The position numbers and the translations under genes are program-made. This document shows, piece by piece, positions 55,044-63,561 of a stretch of 64,000 nucleotides of DNA. The notes under the pieces were generated by a model. The model saw only the letters and a program-made list of their open reading frames with translations. It searched no databases and was not told the DNA's origin. This DNA comes from a plasmid. Every line of letters starts with the position of its first letter. The first letter of the stretch is position 1. The DNA is taken from the sequence record NZ_CP085281.1. The stretch is one strand, 5' to 3'.

Positions 55044-56168
55044 TCATAGCGAGTACGTCTCCCCTCCGGTGGGATATCCGCCGCCGTCGGTAGCGATGTG
55101 GACGTGATCCATGTGGTTGGCAGTCGGGCCGCCTCGGTCTTCCATGACGCGGGGGGCGGCATCTTGGGTGTACATCGTTTGGCGCCAAATCGCGTGATTG
55201 AGACCGTATTTGGAGGCGTGCTGCATCGCGAAGGCCAAGACCCGGTCCCCGAGCGCCTTACCTTCGGCACTGGTGGGATTCGGGATCATGACGTCGATCG
55301 CCAGACCGTTGGGATGCCACTTCAGCGAGTCCGCGCGCACTCCCCCGATGTCCTTGATCTCGGGGAACGCGGCGCTGATCGCGCGGGCGATCAGGATGGT
55401 GTTGCGTTGCAACCCCTTCTCGGAGCCGATTTCCGGGGGCAGCGCCCCCTCCGGGCTGGCTCGGGCAGCCAGGACGGTCCCCGGTTCGCCTTTTCCGCCC
55501 TTGCCGGAGGTGAGACCGGACAGCATGCTCGCCGGCGCGGAAGACAACCCCGATAGAGCGCTCAGGGGGTTGCCGCCGCCGGACCCACCCCCGCCCGGTC
55601 CGCCGCCGGCGCCTGAACCACCACCCATGCCGCCGCCACTCATCCCGCCGCCACCCATGCCGGCTGCCGCGGCCTTGGCCTGCTGGTAGTACTTCTGGGC
55701 CAAGGCGTCGACCAGGACGCGGCGCATGTCGGCCGGTGGGAGTTGGGCGCGCACGGCGCTGCTGCCGTTGGCGAGGGCGTCGGCCTTGTTCTGCAGGGAG
55801 GCCATCGCACCCATCGGGGTGTTCTCCACCGGGGCCAAGGCGTCGTCGCGGCTCACGTATTGGTCGGTGGTGGCGTCGATGTCGGCGCGCCCGGCCGTCA
55901 CGTTGGCGGCTGACTCGTCGACCACGGGAACAAGGGAGGGGTCCACCTCGGCCAGTGCCGCGCTGATCTGGGCTTGGCTCTTACGGGACAGGACGAGGTG
56001 TTCGATGAAGTCGCCCAGGCCGTTGGGCAGCGCCTCCAGCCGCTGGCTGATGGTGTCGGGGATGGTCGACGGAAGCGGCGCAGTCACGGGTGTGCCCTCT
56101 CCGAGGAGCCCTCGGAGTTGGTTGAGGATCGCAGTGATCTCGTCACGTGTAGCGCCGCCTGTCGTCAT
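55044..56168 (-). CDS. protein with Gly/Met-rich linker and C-terminal LAS/M15-like metallopeptidase motifs (putative peptidoglycan hydrolase)
   Basis: KWHPNGLAIDV fits SxHxxGxAxD. Downstream HMDHVHI provides HxH. Confidence 0.45.
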   Translation of the reverse strand: MTTGGATRDEITAILNQLRGLLGEGTPVTAPLPSTIPDTISQRLEALPNGLGDFIEHLVLSRKSQAQISAALAEVDPSLVPVVDESAANVTAGRADIDATTDQYVSRDDALAPVENTPMGAMASLQNKADALANGSSAVRAQLPPADMRRVLVDALAQKYYQQAKAAAAGMGGGGMSGGGMGGGSGAGGGPGGGGSGGGNPLSALSGLSSAPASMLSGLTSGKGGKGEPGTVLAARASPEGALPPEIGSEKGLQRNTILIARAISAAFPEIKDIGGVRADSLKWHPNGLAIDVMIPNPTSAEGKALGDRVLAFAMQHASKYGLNHAIWRQTMYTQDAAPRVMEDRGGPTANHMDHVHIATDGGGYPTGGETYSL

Positions 56169-56519
56169 CTATGGCGTGGGTTCCGGTGCGGGGCCGCCCT
56201 GGTTGCCGCCGTCCTGGGCGCCCTCGGAGTTGGTGCTGGCGCTGTTGTCGCCGCCGGGGTTGCGGGGTTCCAAGGTTGCCGAGCGCTGTTGCCGGCGGGG
56301 CAGTGCGGTCTTGGGGACTCCGAGTTCGGTGAGTTCGGCGGGCTTCCAGCCTGCTTCGATGCACTCCAGGACGGCTTTCTCGATATTGGCGTCGCAGTCC
56401 TTGAGTTCGGCCTCCTTCTCGGCTTTGGCGTCGAGCAGCTCCCCGAGGCGCTGGACGGGGCCCAGACGCGACGAGAGGAAGTCGTTGGCGCGTTTGGTGA
56501 AGTCGTTCTTCTTAGCCAC
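56169..56519 (-). CDS. hypothetical protein
   Basis: 116-aa ORF adjacent to the upstream hydrolase gene. Confidence 0.45.
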   Translation of the reverse strand: MAKKNDFTKRANDFLSSRLGPVQRLGELLDAKAEKEAELKDCDANIEKAVLECIEAGWKPAELTELGVPKTALPRRQQRSATLEPRNPGGDNSASTNSEGAQDGGNQGGPAPEPTP

Positions 56520-56635
56520 CGGTGAAGGGTCCTTTCGTTGGACTTGATGTTTCCATTATTGGCGATCGCCGGCAATTATCCGCACGTCAAAGCGTGTTTG
56601 TTTGATGGTTGGATTCGCCGAGGGCATCTGTGGGT

Positions 56636-58990
56636 TCATGCCGAGGCCAGGTGGGTTTCTGCGAGGTCGCGGACGTCGAGGAAGGCGTCGCTGGCCACCT
56701 CGGTTTCTTCGCGTTCTCCGGAGTAGATGTCGCGCAGGATGAGCACGGTTGTGTCTGGGCTGTCCCCGGCGGTCGGTTCGTCGTCGAGGATCATCCAGCC
56801 GCCGGTCTCTGGGTGGCAGAGGTAGTCGCCGATCTCCAGTTCGGCGACGGACACGCGGCGGCTGTCGAGGTCGGTGGGGGCATAGCTGGAGACGAGGTCT
56901 TCTGTGGAGCTGGCGGTGCGCGGGCCGCCGGGGGCGGATCCGAAGATGGAGTCGACGCCGTCGTCGACGAGCGCGAGCCATCGTGGTGGGTCGTAGTCGG
57001 GCGAGGCCGGATCGAAGTGCGGGTAGTCGGCGGCCTTGAGCAGCGGCAGCGCCTCGTAGGTGACGTAGTCCTCGGGGTCGGTGATCGGGTCGGTTTCCGG
57101 GGGCATGATGACGCCGCGTTCATACAGCGAGACCGGTGGGCGCAGTTCGTCGACGATCCGCTGCTCTTCTTCGCTGCCGGGGTCGTCGAGGTCGGGGACG
57201 TAGAAGGTCTGGACTTCGGTGGGGATGCCGGCGCTGTTGAGTGCGGTGCCGCGGCCGCGGATTCCGATGGGAATGGTTCGCCCGGCGTTGGCGTCGCTGT
57301 GGATCATTTGTGCGGCAACGGAACTGAGCTTGCCCAGGGAGACTCGCATCGTGAAGTTGTCCTTGGCTTCGCCTTCGAGGAACTTCTGGTCGGCGCGCTG
57401 CAGGGCGGCCACGCAGTGCAGGCGTGCGGTGCGGGCGAGGCGCAGGATGGACGAGAACTTCTGAATCGTCGGGCAGGCTCCCTTGCCGCCGGTGCTGGCG
57501 TAGAGGGACTTCATGGCCTCTTGGAACTCGGCGTATTCGTCGAAGATGATCATGAAGGGCACTTCGTTGGCCAGTGATCGCTTGTTGCGTTTGTAGAGGT
57601 TGTAGCGGCGGCGCATCTCCTTGTGCAGGGTTGCCACCAGTGCGGCGGCTTCGTGCGGTTCGGTGATGACCGCTACGACATTCGGGTAGTCGCGGAACGC
57701 GGTGAACTCACCGCCCTTGAAGTCGATGATGAAGATCTGGCAGCCCAACCGTGCTCCGTTGACGAGCGCGTTGTGGATGAGAGCGGTCTTGCCGGTGCCG
57801 GTCGGTCCCATGAGCAGCATGTGCGGGTTGACCTTGAGGTTCCACTCGATGAGGGTTCCCTCTTCGTCGACGGCGAGCGGAATGGTTGCCCGTTCGTAGC
57901 GTTGGCAGGCTTCCTCGACGCTGGTGACGGCTGGGCGGATCGGTGGGTATACGCGCGTGGGTAGCTCGGTGCGCATTTCGAATGTTGCTGTGCCGCTGAG
58001 GTTGTCGTTTCGGATGCAGCGCCAGCGGCCGGGTAGTCCGAGGTCGCTGATCTTGCGGGCGATCACGCGGAGCCGATCGGTGCCGGCGAGGGCGCTTCCG
58101 ATCTTGTGGCGCACGGTGAACCTGATCAGGTCGCCGTTGCCGCTGTAGTCGTGCTCGGGGTCGATGATGACGGTGGCCCCTGAGTCGAAGAGCGCCTTGG
58201 AAGCGATGTGTTCCCGTAGTCCCCGGACGAGGTCGGACTCGCTGCTGGGGCTGGCCAGTGTGGCGGTGATGAGTTGGTCGGTCGTGGCGAAGGACAGCGA
58301 GAAGTGCCCTCCCACAGCGTCATCGAGGCGCTTGTTGAGTTGTGGCTTGAGCTCTTCGCGGCGGCCGCGGTAGGCCAGCAGGACGGTCTTGGGCTTGTCG
58401 GGCTGGCCCTCGACCTCCTCGTCCCATTCGGTGATGGCCACGACCCGGCGCCGGGGCAGCTCGTCGTAGCCCAGGTAGGGGTAGAGGGCCCATTCGATCT
58501 CGTTGAGGTAGCGGGCGCGTTCGCTTCGTTCGCGCAGTTTCTCGGTGAGCACGTCGGCCAGGCCGTAGGCCGCGATGATGCCGATGGCCGCGGCGATGAG
58601 GTCGGGGACGAACGGGATGAGCGCCAGGATGAGTAGGCCGCCGGTCAGGGCGGTGGCCGCCAGCACCGGCGCGGCGACCGGGGGCACGGGGCGGCGGTCG
58701 TCGGGGTCGTGTTGTACCGGTGCGGCCATCCGGATCCCGATCATCACCGCGGCCGCGATTCCCAGCGCGATCGCCACCAGGGCGCCGACGGTGAGCAGGG
58801 TGGGTCCGGCGGTGTTGGGGTTGGCGCCGGGGAGGGCGAACAGGGGTCCGGACGTCGTGAAGTAGCCGTGCTGTACAGCCCAGGAGGTGGCGGTCGTGGC
58901 GAAGTTCAGCCACAGTGCGCCCAGGACCACGGGGACGGCGACGATGGCGGCCAGCGCCGGATTGCGTTGTTGGCTATCGGTTTTTGCCAT
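56636..58990 (-). CDS. membrane-anchored FtsK/SpoIIIE-family ATPase (conjugative DNA-translocase or coupling-protein-like)
   Basis: N-terminal TM helices, Walker A LMGPTGTGKTALIHNAL, FIIDFKGGEF, Walker-B-like FMIIFDEYAEF. Single ATPase domain, 784 aa. Confidence 0.7.
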   Translation of the reverse strand: MAKTDSQQRNPALAAIVAVPVVLGALWLNFATTATSWAVQHGYFTTSGPLFALPGANPNTAGPTLLTVGALVAIALGIAAAVMIGIRMAAPVQHDPDDRRPVPPVAAPVLAATALTGGLLILALIPFVPDLIAAAIGIIAAYGLADVLTEKLRERSERARYLNEIEWALYPYLGYDELPRRRVVAITEWDEEVEGQPDKPKTVLLAYRGRREELKPQLNKRLDDAVGGHFSLSFATTDQLITATLASPSSESDLVRGLREHIASKALFDSGATVIIDPEHDYSGNGDLIRFTVRHKIGSALAGTDRLRVIARKISDLGLPGRWRCIRNDNLSGTATFEMRTELPTRVYPPIRPAVTSVEEACQRYERATIPLAVDEEGTLIEWNLKVNPHMLLMGPTGTGKTALIHNALVNGARLGCQIFIIDFKGGEFTAFRDYPNVVAVITEPHEAAALVATLHKEMRRRYNLYKRNKRSLANEVPFMIIFDEYAEFQEAMKSLYASTGGKGACPTIQKFSSILRLARTARLHCVAALQRADQKFLEGEAKDNFTMRVSLGKLSSVAAQMIHSDANAGRTIPIGIRGRGTALNSAGIPTEVQTFYVPDLDDPGSEEEQRIVDELRPPVSLYERGVIMPPETDPITDPEDYVTYEALPLLKAADYPHFDPASPDYDPPRWLALVDDGVDSIFGSAPGGPRTASSTEDLVSSYAPTDLDSRRVSVAELEIGDYLCHPETGGWMILDDEPTAGDSPDTTVLILRDIYSGEREETEVASDAFLDVRDLAETHLASA

Positions 58991-58991
58991 A

Positions 58992-60383
58992 TCAGTACCC
59001 CTTCGGCGGTGCGTAGGGATTCGCTTGCTGCACTTTGTGCATGAGGTCAGAGCCGTCGGCAGATACCTGGTAGCGGGTCATGACGTAGTGGATGGCGGCC
59101 GCGGCGTTGGCGACGGGGTCGTAGATGTTGCGTGAGGTTCCGGGTCGCCAGTGGGCCGCGAACGTGGAATCGATGGTCTGCATCCAGCCCTTTGACGGTG
59201 TTCCCTTGGCGGCGTTGGAGTCTGACCCGTTGATGGCCCTCGGGTTGTTGCCCGATTCGCGCTGTCCCATGGTCATCAGGCCTGGTAGCCAGTTCGCGAC
59301 GGCGCGGGGGTCGGTGATTCCGTTGGCGGCGAGCGCTTTGATGGCCCAGGCCTTGGGGCCGCCGGCGGCCAGGAGCTGCTTCTGTTCGTCGCTGTCGGGT
59401 CCGCCGGCGTTGAGGTCTTTGAGGTAGTCGGCGGACATCGCCTTGATGGTGCCGGCGTTGAGTGAGTCCTTGCCGACGGCGTCGCTCAGCACGGCGCCGG
59501 CCTGTTGCAGGCCTTGGGCGATGGTGGTCAGGACCCCGAGCTGGCCCATGGGGGTGTTGGCGATGGGCCCCATGGCTTGCAGGGCGGTCTTGACCTGGTT
59601 GATGATCTGTTCGATCTTGTCGCGGCCCATGGTGGAGTTGGCCGCTGAATCTTGAAGTGACGTGCGGAGTTTGCGCTCCAGGTTGTCCATGGCGCGGGCT
59701 TGGTTGGCCTGCTTGTCGACATCGGATTGGTAGGCGTCCCCCGCCTCGCCGGTCATGCCGGTGCTGGCGTCGGTGTTGCCGAGTCGGTCGAGCACTCCTT
59801 CGGGGAAGCCGCTGGACGACGGCATCGCCGGGTTGCCTTGGCCGAACTGGTTGAGGATTTGACCGAACGGTGCCAGCAGCCCGGAGCCGATACCCATCAG
59901 GGCCGACGGCAGGCTGGCCAGCGGCTGGGTCAGGCCCGAGAGCATGCCGATCGCGTCTTGGGGGTTGATGGCGGACTTGGCCGCGGCGTCGGCGGCGTCT
60001 TTCGGCGCGGACTGGTCGGCGCCGTCTGTATCTGCGCCGCTCTGGCCGGATGGGGCGCCGGCGGGGGCTGCGGGGCTCGTCGGCGGGGTCGCAGAACCCG
60101 CGGCGGGCGCGGCCGCGGCGGGTGACGGGGTGGCTGGGGGCGTCGTTGGTGCCGGGGCGGCGGATGTGGGATTGGCCGCCGGTGCGGCGGCGGGCTGCTG
60201 TGTCGGCGCCGCGGGAGCGGACGGCGCAGCTTGTTGCTGTGGGGCGGGGCTGCCAGGGACCCGGGGGAAGATCGGCAGGACCGGGCGGCGCTGGTTGTCG
60301 CGGTGGCTGGTGTCGGGGGTCGACGTTCCGAGCCCGGGCGGCAGCGGAGGTGCTGCGGTGTCGGCGAGCTGGTCTTCGCTCAT
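58992..60383 (-). CDS. Pro/Ala-rich protein with C-terminal lytic transglycosylase (SLT) domain (VirB1-like)
   Basis: C-terminal QRESGNNPRAINGSDSNAAKGTPSKGWMQTIDSTF fits the SLT E-S..GLMQ signature. Long Pro/Ala-rich N-terminal region. Confidence 0.6.
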   Translation of the reverse strand: MSEDQLADTAAPPLPPGLGTSTPDTSHRDNQRRPVLPIFPRVPGSPAPQQQAAPSAPAAPTQQPAAAPAANPTSAAPAPTTPPATPSPAAAAPAAGSATPPTSPAAPAGAPSGQSGADTDGADQSAPKDAADAAAKSAINPQDAIGMLSGLTQPLASLPSALMGIGSGLLAPFGQILNQFGQGNPAMPSSSGFPEGVLDRLGNTDASTGMTGEAGDAYQSDVDKQANQARAMDNLERKLRTSLQDSAANSTMGRDKIEQIINQVKTALQAMGPIANTPMGQLGVLTTIAQGLQQAGAVLSDAVGKDSLNAGTIKAMSADYLKDLNAGGPDSDEQKQLLAAGGPKAWAIKALAANGITDPRAVANWLPGLMTMGQRESGNNPRAINGSDSNAAKGTPSKGWMQTIDSTFAAHWRPGTSRNIYDPVANAAAAIHYVMTRYQVSADGSDLMHKVQQANPYAPPKGY

Positions 60384-61366
60384 GGGGTCGGCACCTCCTG
60401 GTTGGTGTGCAGGCGTGGCCTTTTGACGATGACGTTGCCGGTCGGCAGGACGCCGACTGCGATGGGTTGGTTCAACGTGGTGGCGTCGATGCCGAGGGTG
60501 GGGGTGATGGCGATCATGACGGCGGTGGGCCCGTGGTCGGGGGTGAAGTTGAAGAAGACCAGGTCTCCTGGGCTGATCGCGGTGGGGTCGACCCGGTCGC
60601 CGGTGTCGATCTGGGCTGCGACGTCCTTCGGCAAGGTGATCTCTCCCCCGGTGGCCTGGTAGTAGGCGTATCTGACCAAGTTAGCTGCCGAAAAGGCGTT
60701 GTTCGAAGGTCCAGCGGTGCTTCCATCTGAGTCGGTTGCCAGCAATCCGACCTGCTGATTGGCCAGGTCCGCGGCGCGCCGGCCGGTCTCGTCGCCGGGT
60801 GTTTTGAGGGGCGCGCCCACGATGTCGCCGGTACGGACGGCGTTGGCGCATGCCGCGGTCTTGGCGTCAGCGGTGGGCGGGGCGGTCAGCGAGGCGTATG
60901 GGTTTGCGGGGGACGTGCTATTTGCGCTGGTCGTCGTCGTGGTGGTGGCAGTCACGGTGGTGGTGGGTGTGGTCGTGGGGGGTGTCGTGGTGGCGGGTTG
61001 CAGCAGGGTCGTCTCCCAGGTCGTCGCCGGCGGTGTGTCATCCAGCGCGACGGAGGTGGCCAGGCGGGGGACGACCGCCATGGATGCGGTGTTGCCGATG
61101 GAGTATCCGAGTCGGGATTCGCACTGGTAGCTGAAGTTGGTGCGCTGATCGGACATGCGGCTCAACGCGACGATGGCGGTGATGAGAAGGACGAGGGCCA
61201 ACACGATGATGACGGCGGCGATCGCCAGGATCACCGGCCAGCCCAGTGCGCCGACGGCGGCGGATCCGGCGGAGGCCGCGGCTTTGCGGGCGCCTTGCGC
61301 CGCGGCCGCGCCGAGCAGCGATTTCAGCGCTGACTGCCGGGGCGGCTCTGGGGGCGGCTGAGTCAT
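60380..61366 (-). CDS. membrane-anchored protein with Thr-rich linker and C-terminal NlpC/P60-like domain lacking the catalytic Cys
   Basis: NNAFSAANLVRYAYY aligns to the NlpC/P60 FDCSGLVQYVY block with Cys replaced by Ala. SPGDLVFF and DHG retained. Contains repeat copy i. Confidence 0.4.
   Translation of the reverse strand: MTQPPPEPPRQSALKSLLGAAAAQGARKAAASAGSAAVGALGWPVILAIAAVIIVLALVLLITAIVALSRMSDQRTNFSYQCESRLGYSIGNTASMAVVPRLATSVALDDTPPATTWETTLLQPATTTPPTTTPTTTVTATTTTTTSANSTSPANPYASLTAPPTADAKTAACANAVRTGDIVGAPLKTPGDETGRRAADLANQQVGLLATDSDGSTAGPSNNAFSAANLVRYAYYQATGGEITLPKDVAAQIDTGDRVDPTAISPGDLVFFNFTPDHGPTAVMIAITPTLGIDATTLNQPIAVGVLPTGNVIVKRPRLHTNQEVPTP
60908..60936 (+). repeat. dispersed ~30-bp repeat, copy i
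   Basis: gggggacgtgctatttgcgctggtcgtcg. Confidence 0.55.
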
Positions 61367-63561
61367 GATCGGTCCTGGTCATCGCGGGGCTGGGGGGCCG
61401 GCGGGGGTGGCAGTGGCCGTGCAGCGCCGGTGGATGGGGGTTTCGGTGGGTTCGGCGGTGGCACTGGCCGGCGCGGGTCGGGTGCGTGTTCGAACGGTGA
61501 GGGTGGCGCGGCGTCGGCTGGCCCGACGAGTGGCGCGCCCCCAGCAGCCGTGGGGGACGTGTCGTTGGTGCTGGTCACAGGATTTTCTATGTCGGGAAGC
61601 GCAGCTCCCGACCCCGTCTTGGGTGCCGGCGGCGGCCCTGGTGGCAGGTTGGGGGCGGCCGAGCGTCCGGAATCCTCGAAGGCCTTCGGCGGCGTGGTCT
61701 GCAGGTCGGTCGCCGAAAAGGACTGGCTGCCAGCAGGGGCCGTGTTGTCGGGTGCAGCGCCGAACTGCGTCGTGGGTGGCGCTGAGCGCGACGGCGGGGT
61801 CCCCGTGGCGCCGCTGGTGGCCGGCGGGGGCGACGGCGTGGGAGGCGACGTCGTCGACGCGGGTGCCTCGGGCATGTTCACCGTGGGTGGTGTGCTGGCG
61901 GGCTGCTGGCCATTGCCCTGCGCCTTGTTCTGCTTGGCCTGGTCCTTTTCGGCTTGCTTAGCGGCCTTGTCGGCGGCGCGTTGGGCTTGCTCCTGGTTGC
62001 GTTCGTAGATGTCGGCGCCGCGGTCGAGGTGCCGGACGATGGAGCTGCGTCCTCCCCGGACGAACGGGGCGACGACGTGTAAGGCGTGGGTGGCTGACGG
62101 TGACCGCGCAGCCAGTGCGCCGCCGGCCATGGTCGAGCCGAGGCCCAAGGCGACGACGCTGGTGTCGCGCAGGAAGCCGCCGGCCTTTTCGTGCAGGATG
62201 TTCGTCGTCGGCGGCGGTGGGGTGGCCCCGACGCTGTTGAGGACTCCGGCTGCGACGTTGGTGCTGGATTCCTTGAGGCTCTTGGACACCGTGAAGATCA
62301 GCCGGATGGCCACCACCATCAGGATCAGGGCCGAGAGCATGGCCACCACGCCGTTGCCTTGTTGGCGGAAGACCACGGTGACGATCTCGCCGATGAAGAT
62401 GGTCAAGGTGATGTAGGCGAACATCGCCACACCGGAGAACAGCATCGCGACGAAGGTGTTGACCAGGGATGCCTGGGGTCCCCCGGGGATGACGCCGACG
62501 GCGAAGCCCCAGAGCAGCTTGAAGGCGTTGCCTACCGCGCGGAAGAACTCGAGCACGATGTGGAATCCGAGGACAGCGCAGAAGAGGGCGAAGATGCCGG
62601 CGAACATCAGCATCAGGACGCCGGTGCCCAGCTGGCCTGGGCTGGGGTTGTCGGCAGTGGCTTTCATGGCAGCCGAGTCGGGGGCGCCGCAGCTGCGGAT
62701 GCCGTCCTTGATGTTGTCGGGGTCCCCGGAGTTGACGCCGTTGCTCCATGCGGTGGCGCAGCTCGGGGTGTTGTCAGGTTGGCCGGCAAAGTTCCACGTC
62801 TGCAGCGGCCTGCGGACGAAGGAGGTGGCCAGGGTCCCCTCAAGTCGGCTGAGGGTCTCTTTGGTGTTGGTGGCGCCGGCGATGGAGTTAGAGCCGAGGC
62901 TAACGGCGACGTCGCGACCCTGGGCCAGGGGGCCGGAGTCGGAAATGACCCAGCTGATGGGCGAATAGACCAATGCGCCGCCGACGATCGCGATGAGGAC
63001 CGCCGCGGCGGCCTGCGATGCTGCGCGCGGCAGATTCTCGCGCAGGATGTTGACCGCGATGAAGGTGGCGGCGATGACCGCGGCGATCGCGGCGACGCCG
63101 GGCACGATCTGGGCGGCGTAGCTCTGGGCGACCGCGGCGACGGGCTGGACCAGGTCGGGCAGGAATCCGAAGCTGATGACGTACATCAGGAACCAGATGG
63201 CGACGCCGCCGATCACGACGAACAGACCGGCTTCGGCTTCGAGCAGGGTCGCCAGGACGGCCTGGGATCCGCCGTCGAGGACGGATCCGTAGTCGGTGGA
63301 GATGGCGTAACGCGATAGCGGGACGCCGTAGGAGTCGGTGACGCCGAGCACGTACAGCAGCGGGCTTTGAGGCCCGATCGCGGCGTGCGCTTCAGCGGGA
63401 AAGGTCAACGCGATCAGGCATAGGCACAGCTGCAGGTAGATCGGCAGCATGGTGAAGCGGCGCAGCCGGGTGGCCGTGGACAGCGCCCAGCCGCGGGCGA
63501 AGAGTTGGTTCAGCGTGGGCAGGGCGGGATCCCAGCCGGGGAAGTACGCGGCGGTCAACAT
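61363..63561 (-). CDS. polytopic membrane protein (VirB6/TrbL-like) with Pro-rich C-terminal tail
   Basis: Multiple TM helices, ATG at 63561 (M75) overlapping the upstream stop by 1 nt. Pro-rich tail contains repeat copy j. Confidence 0.5.
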   Translation of the reverse strand: MLTAAYFPGWDPALPTLNQLFARGWALSTATRLRRFTMLPIYLQLCLCLIALTFPAEAHAAIGPQSPLLYVLGVTDSYGVPLSRYAISTDYGSVLDGGSQAVLATLLEAEAGLFVVIGGVAIWFLMYVISFGFLPDLVQPVAAVAQSYAAQIVPGVAAIAAVIAATFIAVNILRENLPRAASQAAAAVLIAIVGGALVYSPISWVISDSGPLAQGRDVAVSLGSNSIAGATNTKETLSRLEGTLATSFVRRPLQTWNFAGQPDNTPSCATAWSNGVNSGDPDNIKDGIRSCGAPDSAAMKATADNPSPGQLGTGVLMLMFAGIFALFCAVLGFHIVLEFFRAVGNAFKLLWGFAVGVIPGGPQASLVNTFVAMLFSGVAMFAYITLTIFIGEIVTVVFRQQGNGVVAMLSALILMVVAIRLIFTVSKSLKESSTNVAAGVLNSVGATPPPPTTNILHEKAGGFLRDTSVVALGLGSTMAGGALAARSPSATHALHVVAPFVRGGRSSIVRHLDRGADIYERNQEQAQRAADKAAKQAEKDQAKQNKAQGNGQQPASTPPTVNMPEAPASTTSPPTPSPPPATSGATGTPPSRSAPPTTQFGAAPDNTAPAGSQSFSATDLQTTPPKAFEDSGRSAAPNLPPGPPPAPKTGSGAALPDIENPVTSTNDTSPTAAGGAPLVGPADAAPPSPFEHAPDPRRPVPPPNPPKPPSTGAARPLPPPPAPQPRDDQDRS
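61552..61581 (+). repeat. dispersed ~30-bp repeat, copy j
   Basis: gggggacgtgtcgttggtgctggtcacagg. Confidence 0.65.

Noticed and set aside
56555-56579. Imperfect inverted repeat ATTATTGGC..GCCAATTAT around GCGATCGC upstream of the 56169..56519 gene
   Set aside because: Only 7/9 arm matches and a single occurrence. Too weak to call an operator.
56636-58990. EccC-type ESX core ATPase
   Set aside because: Only one FtsK-like ATPase domain (EccC has three), and neighbours are T4SS-type (VirB4-like, VirB6-like, SLT), so a conjugative coupling or translocase protein fits better.
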